Source of the DNA: Lobosporangium transversale
Lineage: Eukaryota
Assembly: GCF_002105155.1 (NCBI RefSeq)
Contig: NW_019029008.1
Location: forward strand, 372,001 to 436,000
Direction of reading: 5' to 3'
DNA length: 64,000 bases
Shown: positions 9,481 to 27,079 of the stretch, piece by piece
Numbering within the stretch: the stretch's first letter is position 1
How the letters are laid out: every line of letters starts with the position of its first letter
Position numbers and translations under genes: made by a program
The notes under the pieces: generated by a model
The model's input: only the letters and a program-made list of their open reading frames with translations
What the model was told of the DNA's origin: nothing
Database searches by the model: none

Positions 9481-12400
9481 CTATTCTACTATCTGTTGTC
9501 CCGCTTTCATCTCCCAAACCTCAGCCTCATCCGCTGACTTCTTTTGCACCTTCCTTTTCTTTGTACTGTTCGGCTTGCTCACACCGTTTTCGTGCTCCAT
9601 AACTTGGATGTCTTCAACTGTTCTCTTCAGAGGATTTATCGCACTCTTCAGAACGTCTACCACTTCTGGAGATGCCAAGGTTTCCATATTGTCTTTGTCT
9701 ATGATAATAGTGTACTGTGTCAGTGTTCGGCCGCTGCTGTCGGTGACTTCCTTGGGCTTGGCCACTGAATAGCTACTCCGCTCACAATTGGGCAAAAGCA
9801 GCAGCGAAAAGAATATGCCTCCTGAACAAAAATCAGCCAGAGAAGGAGGATTACTGCTGGATGGTAATGGAGGCAAAGAGAGGTGTGCTTCGATGCTTTC
9901 ACAACAGACCGTCCTGTGAGCATCACTGATATCCTTAGGATAGAGGGATCCAGATATCTTTGACTGTATGAAAACTGGATAGTGTTGGTTCTCTGACTCT
10001 AGTACAAAAACAACATCAGGCCCGGATGGAGTCTCTGGTGGATAAAAAAATGGCGCAACCAACTTGGTGTTGTGTATTGAGTCAGTCTTACAGTGGGCAT
10101 AAAGGAATTGACCCATGCTAATCTTTTCATGATGGGTCCCTCGCAGCCCAGTGTCATGCCCAACGATTGAGTATGTCCTGTCTAGTATCTTTTGGGTCCC
10201 ACTGTCCTTGATCCCATCCTTGAACAACAGTGGATTTATTTTCTCTCCATGAAAGATTGGGATAAGTAAAGCAGGGCTAAAGTACTCCAAATATGAACCT
10301 CGTGAGCCTGCTGCAATATTCTCTGAGAACCCACGACCAAGCAACCGAAGCAATCCAGCGTCGTCCTTTTCAAAAAAATTAAATGCTGCTTGGAACGCAA
10401 TTGGTTCGTCAATAATTGTAAGCATCTTCCCATTGGCGCGGGCAACTATTCGCGCAAATGAAGCATCAACCAGAACAGGCTCTGCGTAGTTCAACTCAAA
10501 GTCTTCAGAATGAAACAATCTTTCTTTGAGGGCTGTCCGAAGGTTTTCTCTGATGTCTGCCTTGCTCTTAATGTCTGCGTCTTTGTGGGCACCAGTGCGA
10601 TCCGGAATGCGCTGAAGCTCAAAGCACAAGTTTCCAGGGGCCATTAAACCTGTCTCTGTGAGCGCATTCATCTGTATTTTGATTAACGCTTTCAAATGCC
10701 CTACTTCGCCGCGTTGAATCACATTCTCTATTACTGAGATCATTGGCCGAAGGCGGCCACGGAACCAAGCAAAGAGCAATGTGCGCGCTTGTTGATCAAT
10801 CAATTCGCTTAACTTTGATGCTGAACTCGGAAATCCTTGGTGCACCAAGTATTTAATAAGCTTATTGAGATATGTTTCGACTTTTGCTAAATCATCCCAT
10901 CTAGGAAAAGCTTGCTCAGTCTTGAACTTTGGGTCTTGAGCGACTTGTTCGGGTACTTTTGAAGCTATGCCGGTCCCTTTAATCCAAGCGAGATCATAAA
11001 TACAAAACCCGGTCCCACAAGCAACAATACAGTACTTCGACAAGTCTTCCGATATCGCCTCCAGGCCATGATAGAACGGTGACAGAAGTGGCCGTGGTGC
11101 ATCCCCAGCCTCAGATTTAAAATCTTTTGGGGATTCTGGCCCCAGGACCTGAGCCTCGTCCAAAACGAGTAGAAACTTGGATTTGCTCTGATACTGCTCT
11201 ATCAGAACTTTGTCTAGATTACGGAACTGGTTCTGTAGGAATTGAATAAGGTCGGCGGAATCGATGTTGATGAATGAACTTGATAATTTCGTGAAAAATG
11301 CTAGGAACAAGTCTGTTTTGGATGGATCTGAATTGCCAAAGTAGACCTCTCCAAAAACTTGCGGGCACACTTGTAGCAGCATCCACTGCCTGGGGGTCAT
11401 TTTACTCTTAGACGCACTCAGACAATGCAACAAGATAGACAAGCGAGCAAGGAGTAGGCAGATGGTCATCGACTTCGCAATTTGACTGTTTAACTCTGGA
11501 TCCTTGATACCTCTTTTTGTTAGCTTGGCTTTTTCATTTGTAACAAGACTAATCAAGCTATCGACGTCATCGGACCCTCTATCATGCCGGCTAGCATTGA
11601 GATAAAATCCCCAATTCTGTGAGAGCATATTCATGACTGTTCGAGTCTTCCCGCAGCCGGACGCTCCAAATATAGGGTATAAGCTGAAGCCTTCCGAGAT
11701 CTTACTGAGGATTGCTGTCGCCATACTATCAAAGTCAGCATTTGAGCCGTTGGGGTCATCTGAATTAGTAAAGTCGACAAATAGGAGTGATGGCTTTGTT
11801 GAGTGCCTCTGCTGCTCCTTTCTGCTCCAAGCCCTTGGGAAACCTGCTACGGCACCATCTGTCACTGGTAGTTTTACCTCGCCAGCAACATAGGCCTCAA
11901 TAAATTCGCTCCAGTTTTCAGAGTAAAACTCCTGCTCAATCCTACTGAAATTACTTTCGACTATAGTTATTTAGAAACAATGTCAGTGGTGGACTCACAA
12001 TGGATTGCTGCAACAAATTCAAAAAGGTGCATTTTACTTACGTTGTGCAAGACTGACAGCTACTTTAGGACGACAGGGATATAACTGTGGTTGTTCAGCT
12101 ATGTGGAGTCAAATCAGTCAAAAAACAAGAAACATTAGATTGGGCCATTACTCTTAAGTAAAAGTAAATAAACTTAATCTGTAACATTTGTTCCACTAGA
12201 AACCACATACCTTGCTGCGGCACTTTGACAATGATGTGAATGAGACCCTCTGCCGCCCCTTCTGGGAAATAAGTGCTAAGCTTTTCGAGCTCATCTAGTA
12301 CCTTGACTGATCCTTTGGGGAAACTGAGTAGTCCTTCCTTTGTTGCGCCACCAGGAATGAGTTCGAGAGTGAGCTTGTTTGAGGCAATATAGTTGAGATC

Positions 12401-12523
12401 TGGTGCCTTCTCTGCCTTGATGACCTTCTTGAGGTCGTCAATAGTTTCGTTGGAAAGGATAGTCACTGAGAAGGACGTCAATTCTCCCTCCACAATGCAG
12501 AAGAGCTTTAGCTTAGTGGCCAT
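9481..12523 (-). CDS. Crinkler (CRN)-family protein: CRN header + NTPase + PD-(D/E)XK-like nuclease
   Basis: Exons 12523-12211 (MATKLKLFCIVEGE...DLKKVIK...IHIIVKVP), 12098-12042 and 11960-9481 join in frame via GT-AG introns. GASGCGKT, LVLDEAQ, GPDVVF...FIQSK, C-terminal KKRKVQKK. Confidence 0.85.
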
Positions 12524-14448
12524 GGCGTCCTCCGTTTCCAAAATTGGCAATTGATTATCTGTAGTAGAGGAGTTAGAACTAAGCTAGAGCCCTCGCCTCT
12601 TGAGGTGAATGTGTCGGAGCCTATCTTTTGACTTTGGTTTGGCCTTTTCAACGAAAGTAGCTGTGTGGATGAGCTACGAATAAAGAGGTTTTCTGGTTAT
12701 ATCAACGAACAAAGTAATTGAGTGCGTGTGAAGAAGTGAAGAGACAAAAAGGGAGAAGAAAGAGCCACAGAAAGAAAAAGAAACTAATGGAAGTTGAGGT
12801 GTGACCAACCCTAATCTGTTTTGAAACTAGATTAATGTGCTTACTGGTCCACAAAGTAATGTAGTCTAGCAGCAGGTCCTATGCCTGGTAGTTTACTAAC
12901 ATTTGGGACAAATGCTATTCAGATTTAATCTTTGACTTGACAGTAAGAGAGACTGGACTCAGAGTTTCTACACAGTCCTGCTCTATGAGCCTACTATCAT
13001 ATTATCCCGAACACTTCACGGCTATCGTCAAGAAGTTCTCATTCAGCTCACATCCATCACACCATGATCTAAATTGAATCTAAAGATAAATCTATTCAGA
13101 CCTTTCGGCGTATTCAATTGACTCAAACCAGCCTGTCTTTTTCCTCCTCTCAGCTGTCATCACTTCTGTAGTCATGTCATCTCTTATAAGCAATAAACAA
13201 TAAACTTGGTAGGATTATGAAGTATTCCAGATTGCTGATCTTATACAGAAGATCATTGATAGTGTTAGGTTATAGACAAGGTCTTATATATAATTCAAGT
13301 TGGTATAAAAAGACCGTAGGCAATACTTCAATTGGCCGTTCTTTCCCTCTCCAGCTTTTTTTTCCCTATTTCTGCCAGTGACTTTTGACTCCTGTAATAC
13401 AAACCCATATTGAGACTCATCCCAGTAATGGATCGCGAAGACGACAAAGAAAGCCTTACGTCCATTATTCATACCAGCGACCCTTTCCTGCCCTGCCCAC
13501 GGCTACCCGGGTTTATTTTTGTCTTTGCTTTCGAAAAAGAAAGATACGGGACGAGATCAACCATCAGTCGCGTTAAAAAAACAAAAATTTATTTTACTGA
13601 CGTAGTTCTGTAGCTCGAGATTTATTAAGAAAAAATTATACAGGAAAGGGTCGCTAGTCTATGAAGGATAATCGTATTAAATTTGCTGTTCCACCTGTTA
13701 TAGTTTACCTCTGACGAGGTTTAAGTGGAGAGAGGACCGGTTGTGCATTGTAGGAAATAAAGGGATTAAAACCACCTTAAAGGCAGAAATGGAATGGTGC
13801 TGAAGTCAATAATAACTCTGCTTTCAATATCGGCACCGAACTATTACGTTTCGCCGTGCCGCGTAACTTTTTAAAAAGCGGAGTAGGAACGAAAAGTGTA
13901 GTTCGGTATTAATGGAGAGCGAACGGCCAGAATATCACATAGAATTGTTGATGTCTTTTGGGTTATCATATATTATCATTCTTTTAGTCTTCTATAACCA
14001 AGAACAGGATTCACTGATGAGGCCCCAACAAAGCCTAAGACCCAAGCTTCAGAGGGGTATAGCATTAGGATTAGCATATTTGGATAAAGGTTGAGAATGA
14101 CGATGATGGTGGTTCAATACGTCTAATCCAACCTGCATCTTCGATTCCACAACGTCTACAACGGCTTTTTCAGTTCGGAATGTGCCTATAAAGTCTATGA
14201 CCAGGTAAGCCTGTATGTACTTTTGAAAATCGATTTTATTTACTAAGATCAACAAGCTGCTGCGTTGGCTCAAAGAGTCTACCAATTTTTTTTTTTTTTT
14301 TTGATAAAAATAAAATAAAAATAAAATAAAAATAAAAGTAAATTCTAAATGGGTCACCATGTGGTACATCTCTATTTTGATGCCATTGTTGTTACGCAAC
14401 ACGGAATTTTATTGTTTACTTTAGCACGACGAAATCTCCATCATAATC

Positions 14449-14479
<31 letters not shown>

Positions 14480-14487
14480 ACCGTTGT

Positions 14488-15453
14488 TCATGGATGTGTA
14501 AGCATGTGCTCGCACAACTCAAGGGCATTTCCGACAGCAGCACCACGATCGGTCCAACCATCAAACGATTTGAACTCGATTTGATCCTTGGGCCACAATA
14601 CCACATTTCCTCCAGTGGACTTGGCCTCCAAGACCTTCAATGCTGATACATCATGACCCACCATCTCCAACGCTTCCAAGAATGGGATCGTCTTGTTCTT
14701 CCATGACCCTCCTGCATACTTCAGTACAAACTTCGAGATGCCGACTGCGCACAGCTGGTGATGTTGTTTATCTCCCGATCCCGAGCTCTTTGAAGGGGTA
14801 TACATCCTGTGTTCAATCACAAACCATTTCTGATTCCAGGCCAACAATCGAGTTCGGATCTCGAACGACTGGAAGAGTGCGATCTCCTTCTTGAACCAGA
14901 ATTGGGTTCCTCCCAAGGCGAACGCGATCTTGCGGAGTGGATGCATGGGCAACACGCTAGGTCCGAACAACGAGGTCACGTACTTGACTCGTGCATAATC
15001 ACAGTTTTTGTTGTATGAGCTGAGAAAGAAGAAAAATATACAGAAAAGTTAACTTCTTTTTCGCCGTTGTTTGTTGTAATTGCTGTTGCTAATATTAGTG
15101 GTGAGGAAAAACTGCTACCTGTTTGAGAAGTGAAAGTTAAGGTCCAAGTCATCGACCCAAACTCGTTCACGGACAATTGAGGTATCTGTAGGGCTGATTC
15201 TGAAGGGCTTGCGATGGCTCAGGGAATAAAGCTGGACGGCAGCGATACGAAGACCCATTTTAGCATGGAAGACTCCCGGCAAGGACTTGAAGTTGAGTAG
15301 GAAGATCAATAGAATGAACCGACGAAGGTGTTTGCTAACCATGGCCTGACGTGGGCGGACATGCTGGAAATAAAACGAAATCATGTTGGCTGCATATTGA
15401 AGCATAGGTGGCGGAAGCGCCAGCATGATCTTGTTCATAGTGGTTGGTGGCAT
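14488..15453 (-). CDS. Hotdog-fold thioesterase-like protein (YBR096W/THEM6-like)
   Basis: Exons 15453-15119 and 15019-14488 splice to DDLDLNFHFSNSSYNKNCDYAR. FKKEI..FQSFEIRTRLLAWNQKWF is typical of this family. Confidence 0.75.
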
Positions 15454-17622
15454 TTTTATTGCTTCTGTTTCTTGTCTATTCCGCTTTTTCTCTTGGTGCC
15501 GTAAAAAATTTAAAAAAGGAGAGTGAAGTGGAAAAAAAAAGGAAGGGCGAGGGAAAACAGAAGGAAGAGGTCATTTTTAACAGAGCAAGAAAAATGTGGA
15601 GAAATTAACCGAGCCATGTCACATGCATCTGCTCTCTTTTATGAAAAAAAAGTGACAAAAGTGCATCGCTTGTTGTACATCACATTTTTGCTTGGCAGAC
15701 TCTGCCCATTGTCCAGTTGTGTTCCTATCCAAGGGCCAATGGCTCTTGCTCCCAAAAAGGTGGTGCTACCAATGTTTGTTGTATCCTCAATAGATCATCT
15801 ACAAAATATGATAATGTTCATGTGAAGAAAGACACTGCTGTTACTACTGTTACTGCAATGCGGCTCATTTTACCGAGATCAATGCGATAGATCTTTAATA
15901 CATATGATGCACTTTGCTTCATTATCAGATGATGTACCAGGCGGAGCCGAGGATAGGATTTCAAGTCATATTCCTTTATGGCCTTGAAAACATCTATTTA
16001 ACTTTTAAGCAAAATCGTAGACGAAGTTCCATCAATGATTCTAGTTCTAGTTTTTACTTAACTTCTATGAGAAAACGTGGCTTGAATCCCTACCAAAAGA
16101 ATACACATGATTTGCCCGTTTTTTCAGCACAATTTGTGCTTGATATTGTGATTCAACCATCCCCTTAATGTACTGAAGACCAATGGACACTTTAACATCA
16201 ATTCTTTTTTAATGCTCAAGTGAGCTTAGCCACAGCTCAACTAAGTGGTTTGACGATGGCTGAGTGAGTGCATATGAGCCGTTCACTCTGTATAGCTCTC
16301 CATCAGTTGGTCAAAGAGGTTTGACCATTTTTATTTGTTTTGTTTTATTAAAGCGCGGGAATTGCGATGATGTCTATTTAGATCGTTCTTTCTCGAAGAG
16401 CAAAGTGCACCTGATCCAAACGAAAATGAGGGACAATGGAAAGGACCACAAGAGAGAGAATGTTGGACACTTCTTTCAGGACCAGAGATCGGCAAATGAA
16501 TCTTCTTTTTAGATCAGGACAGTTATCACTCTCCATTTTGATCATTTCTTTAAGTAGTTTGAAGTTAGACCATGACAAAGTGTCATCTCACATAACCCTT
16601 CTTTTCTAATGCTCACCACTAACTGTATACAAAGAAGACACTGCCACTGTTTTTCTTTTTGGGAGCGAACACATTAACAGTAGATCCAAAGTTAACAGTA
16701 GACGACACAGCATGGCCCTATTTTTATTGGCCAATGAGCGAAGTCCAAAAGTCCCTTTTTCGCATCATTTTTTTTTTTTTTTGTGGATGACACAGCCCAG
16801 CCCACACCCTATTTTACATTGGCCATGTGCTTTGGGAGGGCGAGGTTCTTTGTTTTGAGTTGAAAAAAAGGAGAACAAAGAAATAACCACCATCGCAACC
16901 AGTAACTACTTCTTACTTCATGTATAAGGTACGGAATGAATGATCAGCCAAGCAAGTCAAGTCAAAAGAAGCAAGAAACAAGAGGAATCGAGAGAGGAAG
17001 AATTGACAAAGAGTGGCTAGTCAGCTTTAGTTTGAGAGGTTAGTTCGGTACTAATAACAAATAGCAAACATGTTGTTTGTGTTTCCATCAATCAATCGAC
17101 TCGACTAGAACTTGGTGATTTGTTTGTTTGCAAAAAAAAAAAAAAAAAAGGTTTTTCAATCTGGGCTGGGCCACTCATTCACTTTCTCTTTGCCTAGGGG
17201 TATAAAGCACCTCCTCTTCCTCTTCTTGTTACAAGTTTCTACTCCATTTTGCTCTCTTCTTCTCTTTTCTTTTTCTTTACCTGTCATCCTTTCCCCTTCT
17301 TCCTTGTCTCCTCTTATTATTCTTTCCTACTTTCTCCTCGATCTCTTGTCTTGTTGCAAACTCAAAACAGCAGGTAAAAATTAAAAAAAATAAAATATAC
17401 GATCTTTTTCACAACTTGTTTGAAGGTGCTACAAGTTGTTTCTGGAATCTCATCTTCTTTTTTTTACATCTTGTCATCTTGCTCCCCTTTCCTCTTTGAC
17501 AACTAGATCAGACAAACCACCACCTTTAAATTCTTGAGAGGAAGAAGTTAGGCATAAAAGAAAAAGAAAAAAAAAAGGCGTCCACAACACATTCATACAC
17601 ACTAAAGGAGCAAGCAAGCATC

Positions 17623-20600
17623 ATGTCTCGCTATCCGCCCGGACAGAATTCATCGGATTATCCGATGCAGAATGTGAACATACAATACAATCCCAATGCT
17701 AATCCCTTTGAAGATGAACCTCCACGCAGCTATGGCCAGGATGCCCCTCTTTTACTCTCATCGGGCTATAATAACAATAACAACAGCAACAATAACCAGT
17801 ATGCTCCTAGTCCTGCGGTTGCTCCTGGATTTGCTGCTCCTTCACCCTATACCCCATATCAACAGCCTGTTGGCATGCCTACGCCTCATGTCGGTAATCA
17901 AAATCCCTTTGCCAGCACACCCAATTTACCACCACAGCCATCTCCACCCCATGTCCAATTTGACATGAACGGTAATAACGCTGGTCCTGGCAGCTTACCT
18001 CCTGGTACACCCGATACTCGCCACTATGGCCCCGCACCCACAGCACAACGCCGTCGTTATCAGACCACCAAGAAAGTCAAACTGACTTCTGGTAACTTGG
18101 TTTTGGACTGTCCTGTTCCCTCTAAATTCCTTAAGACTCTCAAATACCAGGAAGGTGAAGAGTTCACTCACATGCGCTACACTGCCGCAACATGTGATCC
18201 TAATGACTTTGCGTCAGAGAACTATACCCTGCGACCCCTTTTGCTGGATGAACAGCCTCGCGAAACCGAACTTTTTATTGTCATGACCATGTATAACGTA
18301 AGTCTATGAAGTCAAGTCTAAGCTTTTTGTTTTTATTTGTTTGTATTACCGTACACTTTTTTTTCCCGCAAGCTGTGATATGATGGCTTTTCTAAAAGCC
18401 AAAAAAAAAAAAAAAAAAAAAAAGTCCAGGAAACAACATTATTCCAAAGCCTAACCTAAAAATCAGCGGGAAACAAAGAGAGGGAGGCGTATCAGAATAG
18501 ATAAAACCCAAATGCCCATCCGGAGATATTTACCTGTGTGATTTGTTATTTGCTATTCTATCAAATAGGAAGATGAAGTCCTCTTCACGAGAACCATGCA
18601 TGGTGTGATGAAAAACATTCGCCATCTGACCACCCGCGATCGCTCTCGTACCTGGGGCCCAGATTCGTGGAAAAAGGTTGTCGTCTGCATCGTCTCTGAC
18701 GGTCGCTTGAAGATCAACCCCAAGACTTTGAACGTCTTGGCTGCTATGGGTGTTTATCAAGATGGTGTTGCCAAGAACATCGTTAATGATAAACCCGTTA
18801 CTGCTCACATCTATGAGGTAAATATCGAAAAAGTAAATGTAATAATTAATGCGGCTACGTCAAGTGATGTTGATAGTTAATAACCGATATTTATCCCTTT
18901 CAAAATTTAGTATACAACCCAGGTTACTATTGATCCTGACATGGGTCGCTCTGGTCATGATAAGGGCTATGTTCCCGTCCAGATCTTGTTCTGTCTCAAG
19001 GAAAAGAACGCCAAGAAGTTGAACTCCCATCGGTAAGAGTTGCTTTTTTTTTTTTGTGCCTGTTCATTTCCTCAATGATCTATTATTGGAAAATAGCAAT
19101 AGGCCTTCCTCTCTTTGGGCTGTTGTGCATACCAATGATTCATCTTAAGATGAGAAAATAATTTCTGTTCCTGAATTCTGATCAATGTCTTACATCATAA
19201 ATTTATTTTTATATAGCTGGTTCTTCAATGCTTTTGGTCAAGTGTTGAAGCCTAATGTTTGTGTGTTGCTCGATGTCGGTACCCGCCCTGGTTCGACTTC
19301 AATCTACCATTTATGGAAGGCCTTTGATCTCAACTCGAATGTTGGAGGAGCTTGTGGAGAAATTTGTGCCATGTTGGGTCGTGGAGGCAGTGCTTTGCTC
19401 TCGCCTTTAGTGGCTTCTCAAAACTTTGAGTACAAAATGTCGAACATTCTGGACAAGCCTCTCGAATCAGTCTTTGGATACATTTCGGTCTTGCCAGGAG
19501 CTTTCTCTGCTTACCGCTATCGAGCTCTTCAGAACGATCCTTCAGGCGTTGGTCCTCTGGAGAAGTACTTCTTGGGAGAGAAGTTCCACGGATCAGATGC
19601 CAATATTTTTACGGCCAATATGTATTTGGCTGAGGATCGTATCTTGTGTTTCGAGTTGGTCGCCAAGAGAAACGCAGCCTGGGTGTTGCAATACGTCAAG
19701 TCTGCATATGGTGAGACAGATGTGCCCAGCACTGTGGCTGAGTTTATCTCACAGCGTCGTCGTTGGTTGAACGGATCATTCTTCGCCTCGGTTTATGCAT
19801 TGGTACATCAATTTGATATCTGGCGCTCGGATCATTCCACTGCTCGCAAGTTGTTCTTCCATCTCGAATTCTTTTATAACGGCGTATCCTTGTTCTTCTC
19901 ATGGTTTGCCTTGGTAAGGACATTATTATTTTTTATTTTTTTTTTAGTTGTTTTTATCCATAAAAGGTTGTTTTTTTTTTTTTTTTTTTTTTTATTTGCT
20001 AACAAATTTTTTATGATTCATATATATATTTGAAAATAATACAGGGTAATTTCTATTTGACGTTCTACATTCTCGGAAATGCCATGGTGTTCAAGAGGGA
20101 TCTAGAGGGCAATATACTGCAGGAGTCACCTTTTGGTGAGAACGATGCCGGATTCTGGATCTTCACGATCGCACGGTACATTTACATCTTGTTGATCGTT
20201 GCACAATTCATCATGAGTATGGGTAATCGTCCTCAAGGTTCAAACTGGGCATACAAGTCGTCAATGGGGTTCTTTGCAGTCTTGATGGGCTACATGTTGT
20301 TTGGAGCCGGTTACATGACGGTTGCAGGCATCAATCAAGCTCGAGAGGATGCAGAGGCTGATGGAGGTGGAACGTCGATCACATCATTGTATTTCCAGAA
20401 TGCCATGTTCCGAAACACAGTCGTTTCATTGGCATCAACCTATGGACTGTACTTCTTTGCTAGTTTCTTGTTCTTGGAGCCATGGCACATGTTCCACTCC
20501 TTTATCCAGTACATGTTCATGGTTCCGTCGTATGTCAACATCTTGAACGTATATGCATTCTGTAACATTCATGATATCTCTTGGGGTACTAAGGGAGACA

Positions 20601-20995
20601 CCTCTGTCAATACAGATTTGGGAGTCGCCAAGAAGACCTCGGAAGGAGGCGTTGAGGTTGCAATGCCGACCGACAGTCACGACATCAATAATGCATACGA
20701 TGAAGCCGTCAGTTCGTTGTCAATCAAGACGCCAGAAGTGAAGCAAGAACGTAGTGTGAAGGAGAAGCAGGAGGACTATTACCGTGAAATCCGTACTCGT
20801 GTGTTGTTGGCATGGATCATGAGTAATGCATTTTTGGTAGCCTTGGTAACATCGGCTGCTTTTGGTGATTTTACCAGAAACAGTACCACGTACTTGGGAA
20901 TTGTTCTCTGGTCAGTCGCTGGTCTGGCTTTCTTCCGCTTTGTGGGTAGTGTCACCTACATGATCCTGCGTCTCTTCAATGGTCGCATTGTCTAA
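17623..20995 (+). CDS. CHS: Chitin synthase (division 1, class I/II-type), 5 exons
   Basis: [32 protein letters not shown] (spliced), [40 protein letters not shown]. Exons ~17623-18297, 18569-18817, 18911-19032, 19217-19913, 20045-20995. Confidence 0.96.
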
Positions 20996-21000
20996 ATATT

Positions 21001-21032
<32 letters not shown>

Positions 21033-21190
21033 GCTTCGCATGCACATACACTTATTAACATATCCATTGTAGAATAGTCGAAGTTGAGAAAGTTTCGTTT
21101 TTTTTTATGTTATTCTTGTTTATAATAAACAACTGTTAAATAAATGCAATGCCAAATAGATGCATTGATATGCTCATTCACTCTTCACTC

Positions 21191-21222
<32 letters not shown>

Positions 21223-21288
21223 ATTTTATGATACTTGTAAAAAAAAATAATAAAATAAAAAAAAAAAAAAAAAAAGTGCTCATTTTCT

Positions 21289-23807
21289 TTAATCAATCTT
21301 GATACTGCCATAAATCTTGCGAACAAAGGCAAAAGTGGAGAAGAAGCCAATAGCACCACTGAGGACAAAGAACATGATGCTCATGATCGCTGTCCATCCG
21401 AAATACAAGACAACACTTGTGAATGACTTGATTTGCAGAGACGTAAAATAATACATGATCGAGTACAAGAAAATATAGATCGCACTTGCACCGCTTGTGA
21501 AGAACGCTCGCCACCACCAATGATAATCCTCTGCACACAGATGGAAATAGCACATCAAGATAGTCACCTCGGCACATGTCAGGATCAAAATTCCAAAGAC
21601 CAGGAACAAGAATCCAAACACATAGTAAATCTTGCGGAACCAGATCGAGTTCAAGATGAAGTACAGCTCAATGAAGATGGCTCCGAACGGTAAAATACCT
21701 CCAACCAACATCGATGGGATCGGACGCAAGTAAAATACTTGGTCTGGGATCTGACGTGGGATCTGATTTGCTCGGACAGGCGTCTCAATCTTGGGACGCT
21801 GAAATCCTAAATATGATCCAACCACTGACAAAGGTGTCGATACCAAGAACCACAACGCAACCAGACCCACCATGGTTCCAAAGGGAACCGCGCCCGATGA
21901 TTTGGCACCGATCAAGAAGAAGTTCAGAGCAACAAATCCAGTGAAAATGACACTAAAAAAAATTAAAAAAATAAAAATAAAAATTGTAGAAAACATATTT
22001 AATATCATCATTCAACATTACAAGGCACAAAAGTGATTAGGAAAATAATAATAGTAACAATAAATAAATAAATAAATAAGAAAATTACCCAGGGAACAAG
22101 AAAGCGGTACCAATGACGTTCATTTTCCATGCTTCTCCTCCAAACATCTTGTAGAGCCTTGCAGAGACAAATCCAGCAGCAATACCAAAGAACATGTAAA
22201 ACACAATCATAACCGTTGCTAACGATCCACGGTTGGAAGGTGACAAGAATCCCAGAGCTGCAAACAAGATTGTCACCGCAGCCATCAAAAACATCTGGGT
22301 ACCATTGCCCACAATGATTGACAACAACATTGGGTACGCAGGAGGTCTGAACACATCTCCGTGCACCAACTTCCAACCAAAATCTTCCTGGAAATCCTCT
22401 TGTGCCTCCTGCTGGTTATAACGGGAAATATCTTTGTGCAATGCTCTCAACAGTACCATTGCTACCATTCCCGTCAAAAACAATACAATAATGACAGAGT
22501 TCACAAGACTGAACCAATGGATCCTGGGCTCACCCACCATCAAGTACTTGTCCCATCGAGTCGCCCAGGCAGTTTCGACTTCCTATTAGACATTTGAAGG
22601 AGGGGGAAAAAAAGGTTATATTAATGATATTCAGTTGGATGCAATGTAGTAGCTTTTAAATACATAGTTTGATCTGGAATGCAGACACAAAGGAGGAGAA
22701 TATGAAGTTCGGCGGTATTGAAAAGAGGGAGAAAAAAAAAAAAAAAAAAAAAAGGAGATGTTCTAGTCAAACTAACCTGCCAATGAACCGCATAGGTGTA
22801 AGTGACATGGGTAGGCTGCTTCTCAGACAGATACACGCCTGGAATCTGCTCCATCTGTGTAGAACCGCACAGCTCAGAACCCTCCATAGCATTTTCAATA
22901 CTAATCATTATCATACACATACAGCAAAAAGTGGAAAAAAAAAATGTTGGTATTAGAAAATAAATAGCAAGAATTATGATTCTTTGAATGACCAGATTCT
23001 GTTAATAAATACCTGAAAGGCTCAACAGTGACGCCAACAACACGAAGGGTATCCTTTTGCTTGTTATGGTGAAACTCAACATTGATCTCATAGTGATTAT
23101 TGAGCTTTGGAGTTTCCTTTCCATCTTCAACCCCGAGAGGGAACCCAATCGAGTACACCTGTTTTTCCTGATCACCCTTGCTAGCTCCCTGACGGATATG
23201 TCCTACAGGCAATCCATCGATCAACCAATTGATCACATAATTCTCCCGAATCCTATTATTGATAAACTTGGCTTCCTCTGTCGACACGTCCACCTCGCAT
23301 AGTTTCTCGCAAGACTTGGGTTGCCTCATACGGATCTAAGAAGAAGAAAAGATCGTTAAGAGGACCTTTAGTGTCACGTATAAACATTAAACAAACAGTA
23401 ATGGTGGGTAATAATGAAAATAACGGTCAAAGCAAACAAAAGAAAAAAAAAAAAAAAAAAAAAAACTTTTTTTTATTTACCCTGAAGGGTGAATCCCAGA
23501 TTCGGTCACCAAAAAGAATGCTTCCTAGAGATTCTGCCTGAGATCGTTCTCCATCTTTTGGTTTACAGAAATGGAACATGGGATAGTAATAGTCATAAGG
23601 AATGACTGACTTGAGTTCTGAATCGGATCCAGGTGTCAGTGCATTCACCATTAGAAATACTGGATCTGAATCATGATATTCTGTAGGGGCCACTCCAGGC
23701 AAGTAGAATGCATTCGTCAATGAGATGGTTGTCGTGGCCACAATAGCCAGTAATGCTGTTACCCTTGATAGGGTATTCCAGCGACGCGTTGTTGTCGCTG
23801 GTAACAT
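21289..23807 (-). CDS. EMP70: Transmembrane 9 superfamily protein (nonaspanin, EMP70/TM9SF2-4-like), multi-exon
   Basis: AFYLPGVAP, ESLGSILFGDRI, IHWFSLVNS, GWKLVHGDVFRPP, PVRANQIPRQIP, EDYHWWWRAF, C-terminal IYGSIKID. Confidence 0.95.
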
Positions 23808-24359
23808 TCTGAAATAAAATGTAAAAAGGATGGAAATGAAAAAGAAAGGAAAATAGAGAGAAAAGAAGAAGGAGGAAAGAGGAAAGAGGTAAAGAAGAGG
23901 ATGGATTAATTAAAGCGAAAGATTGAAGGAGAGGATGGTTCAGATGAGAAGACAGATGACAAGATAATCTTCCCGTGTATTTCCACTCTTTCTGTGGTGG
24001 CGTGGCGTGGGCGAAAGGATTGTCCTGGTTCAAAGAACAGGTTATTTTTATTCTGATAGACGTACAAGACTCGTACAGAAAAATCTCCCCCATTGGCCCA
24101 TGGACACGTTGCGTTACAATGGCATGGCAAGAAAGAAAGAATTTTGAAGGGATCGTCACCCAAAGTTGCACGTGCCATCCATTAAGCTTGAGTGGGCTTT
24201 GTATTATTGTAACTATTTATTAAAACAAGTAGATAAAAGAATAAAATGCAAATGCGATGAGTGTGATGCACACTCAACTTGTCTGGATCTATGGATGAGG
24301 TGTATCAAAGATTGACTACTCAGAAGAATGTGAGAATGCAACAGAAAATAAGGAGTTAT

Positions 24360-27079
<2,720 letters not shown>

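Noticed and set aside
13854..14404. 14-bp imperfect inverted pair CCGTGCCGCGTAAC / GTTACGCAACACGG
   Set aside because: Too short, 2 mismatches, no TSD or second copy; may be chance.
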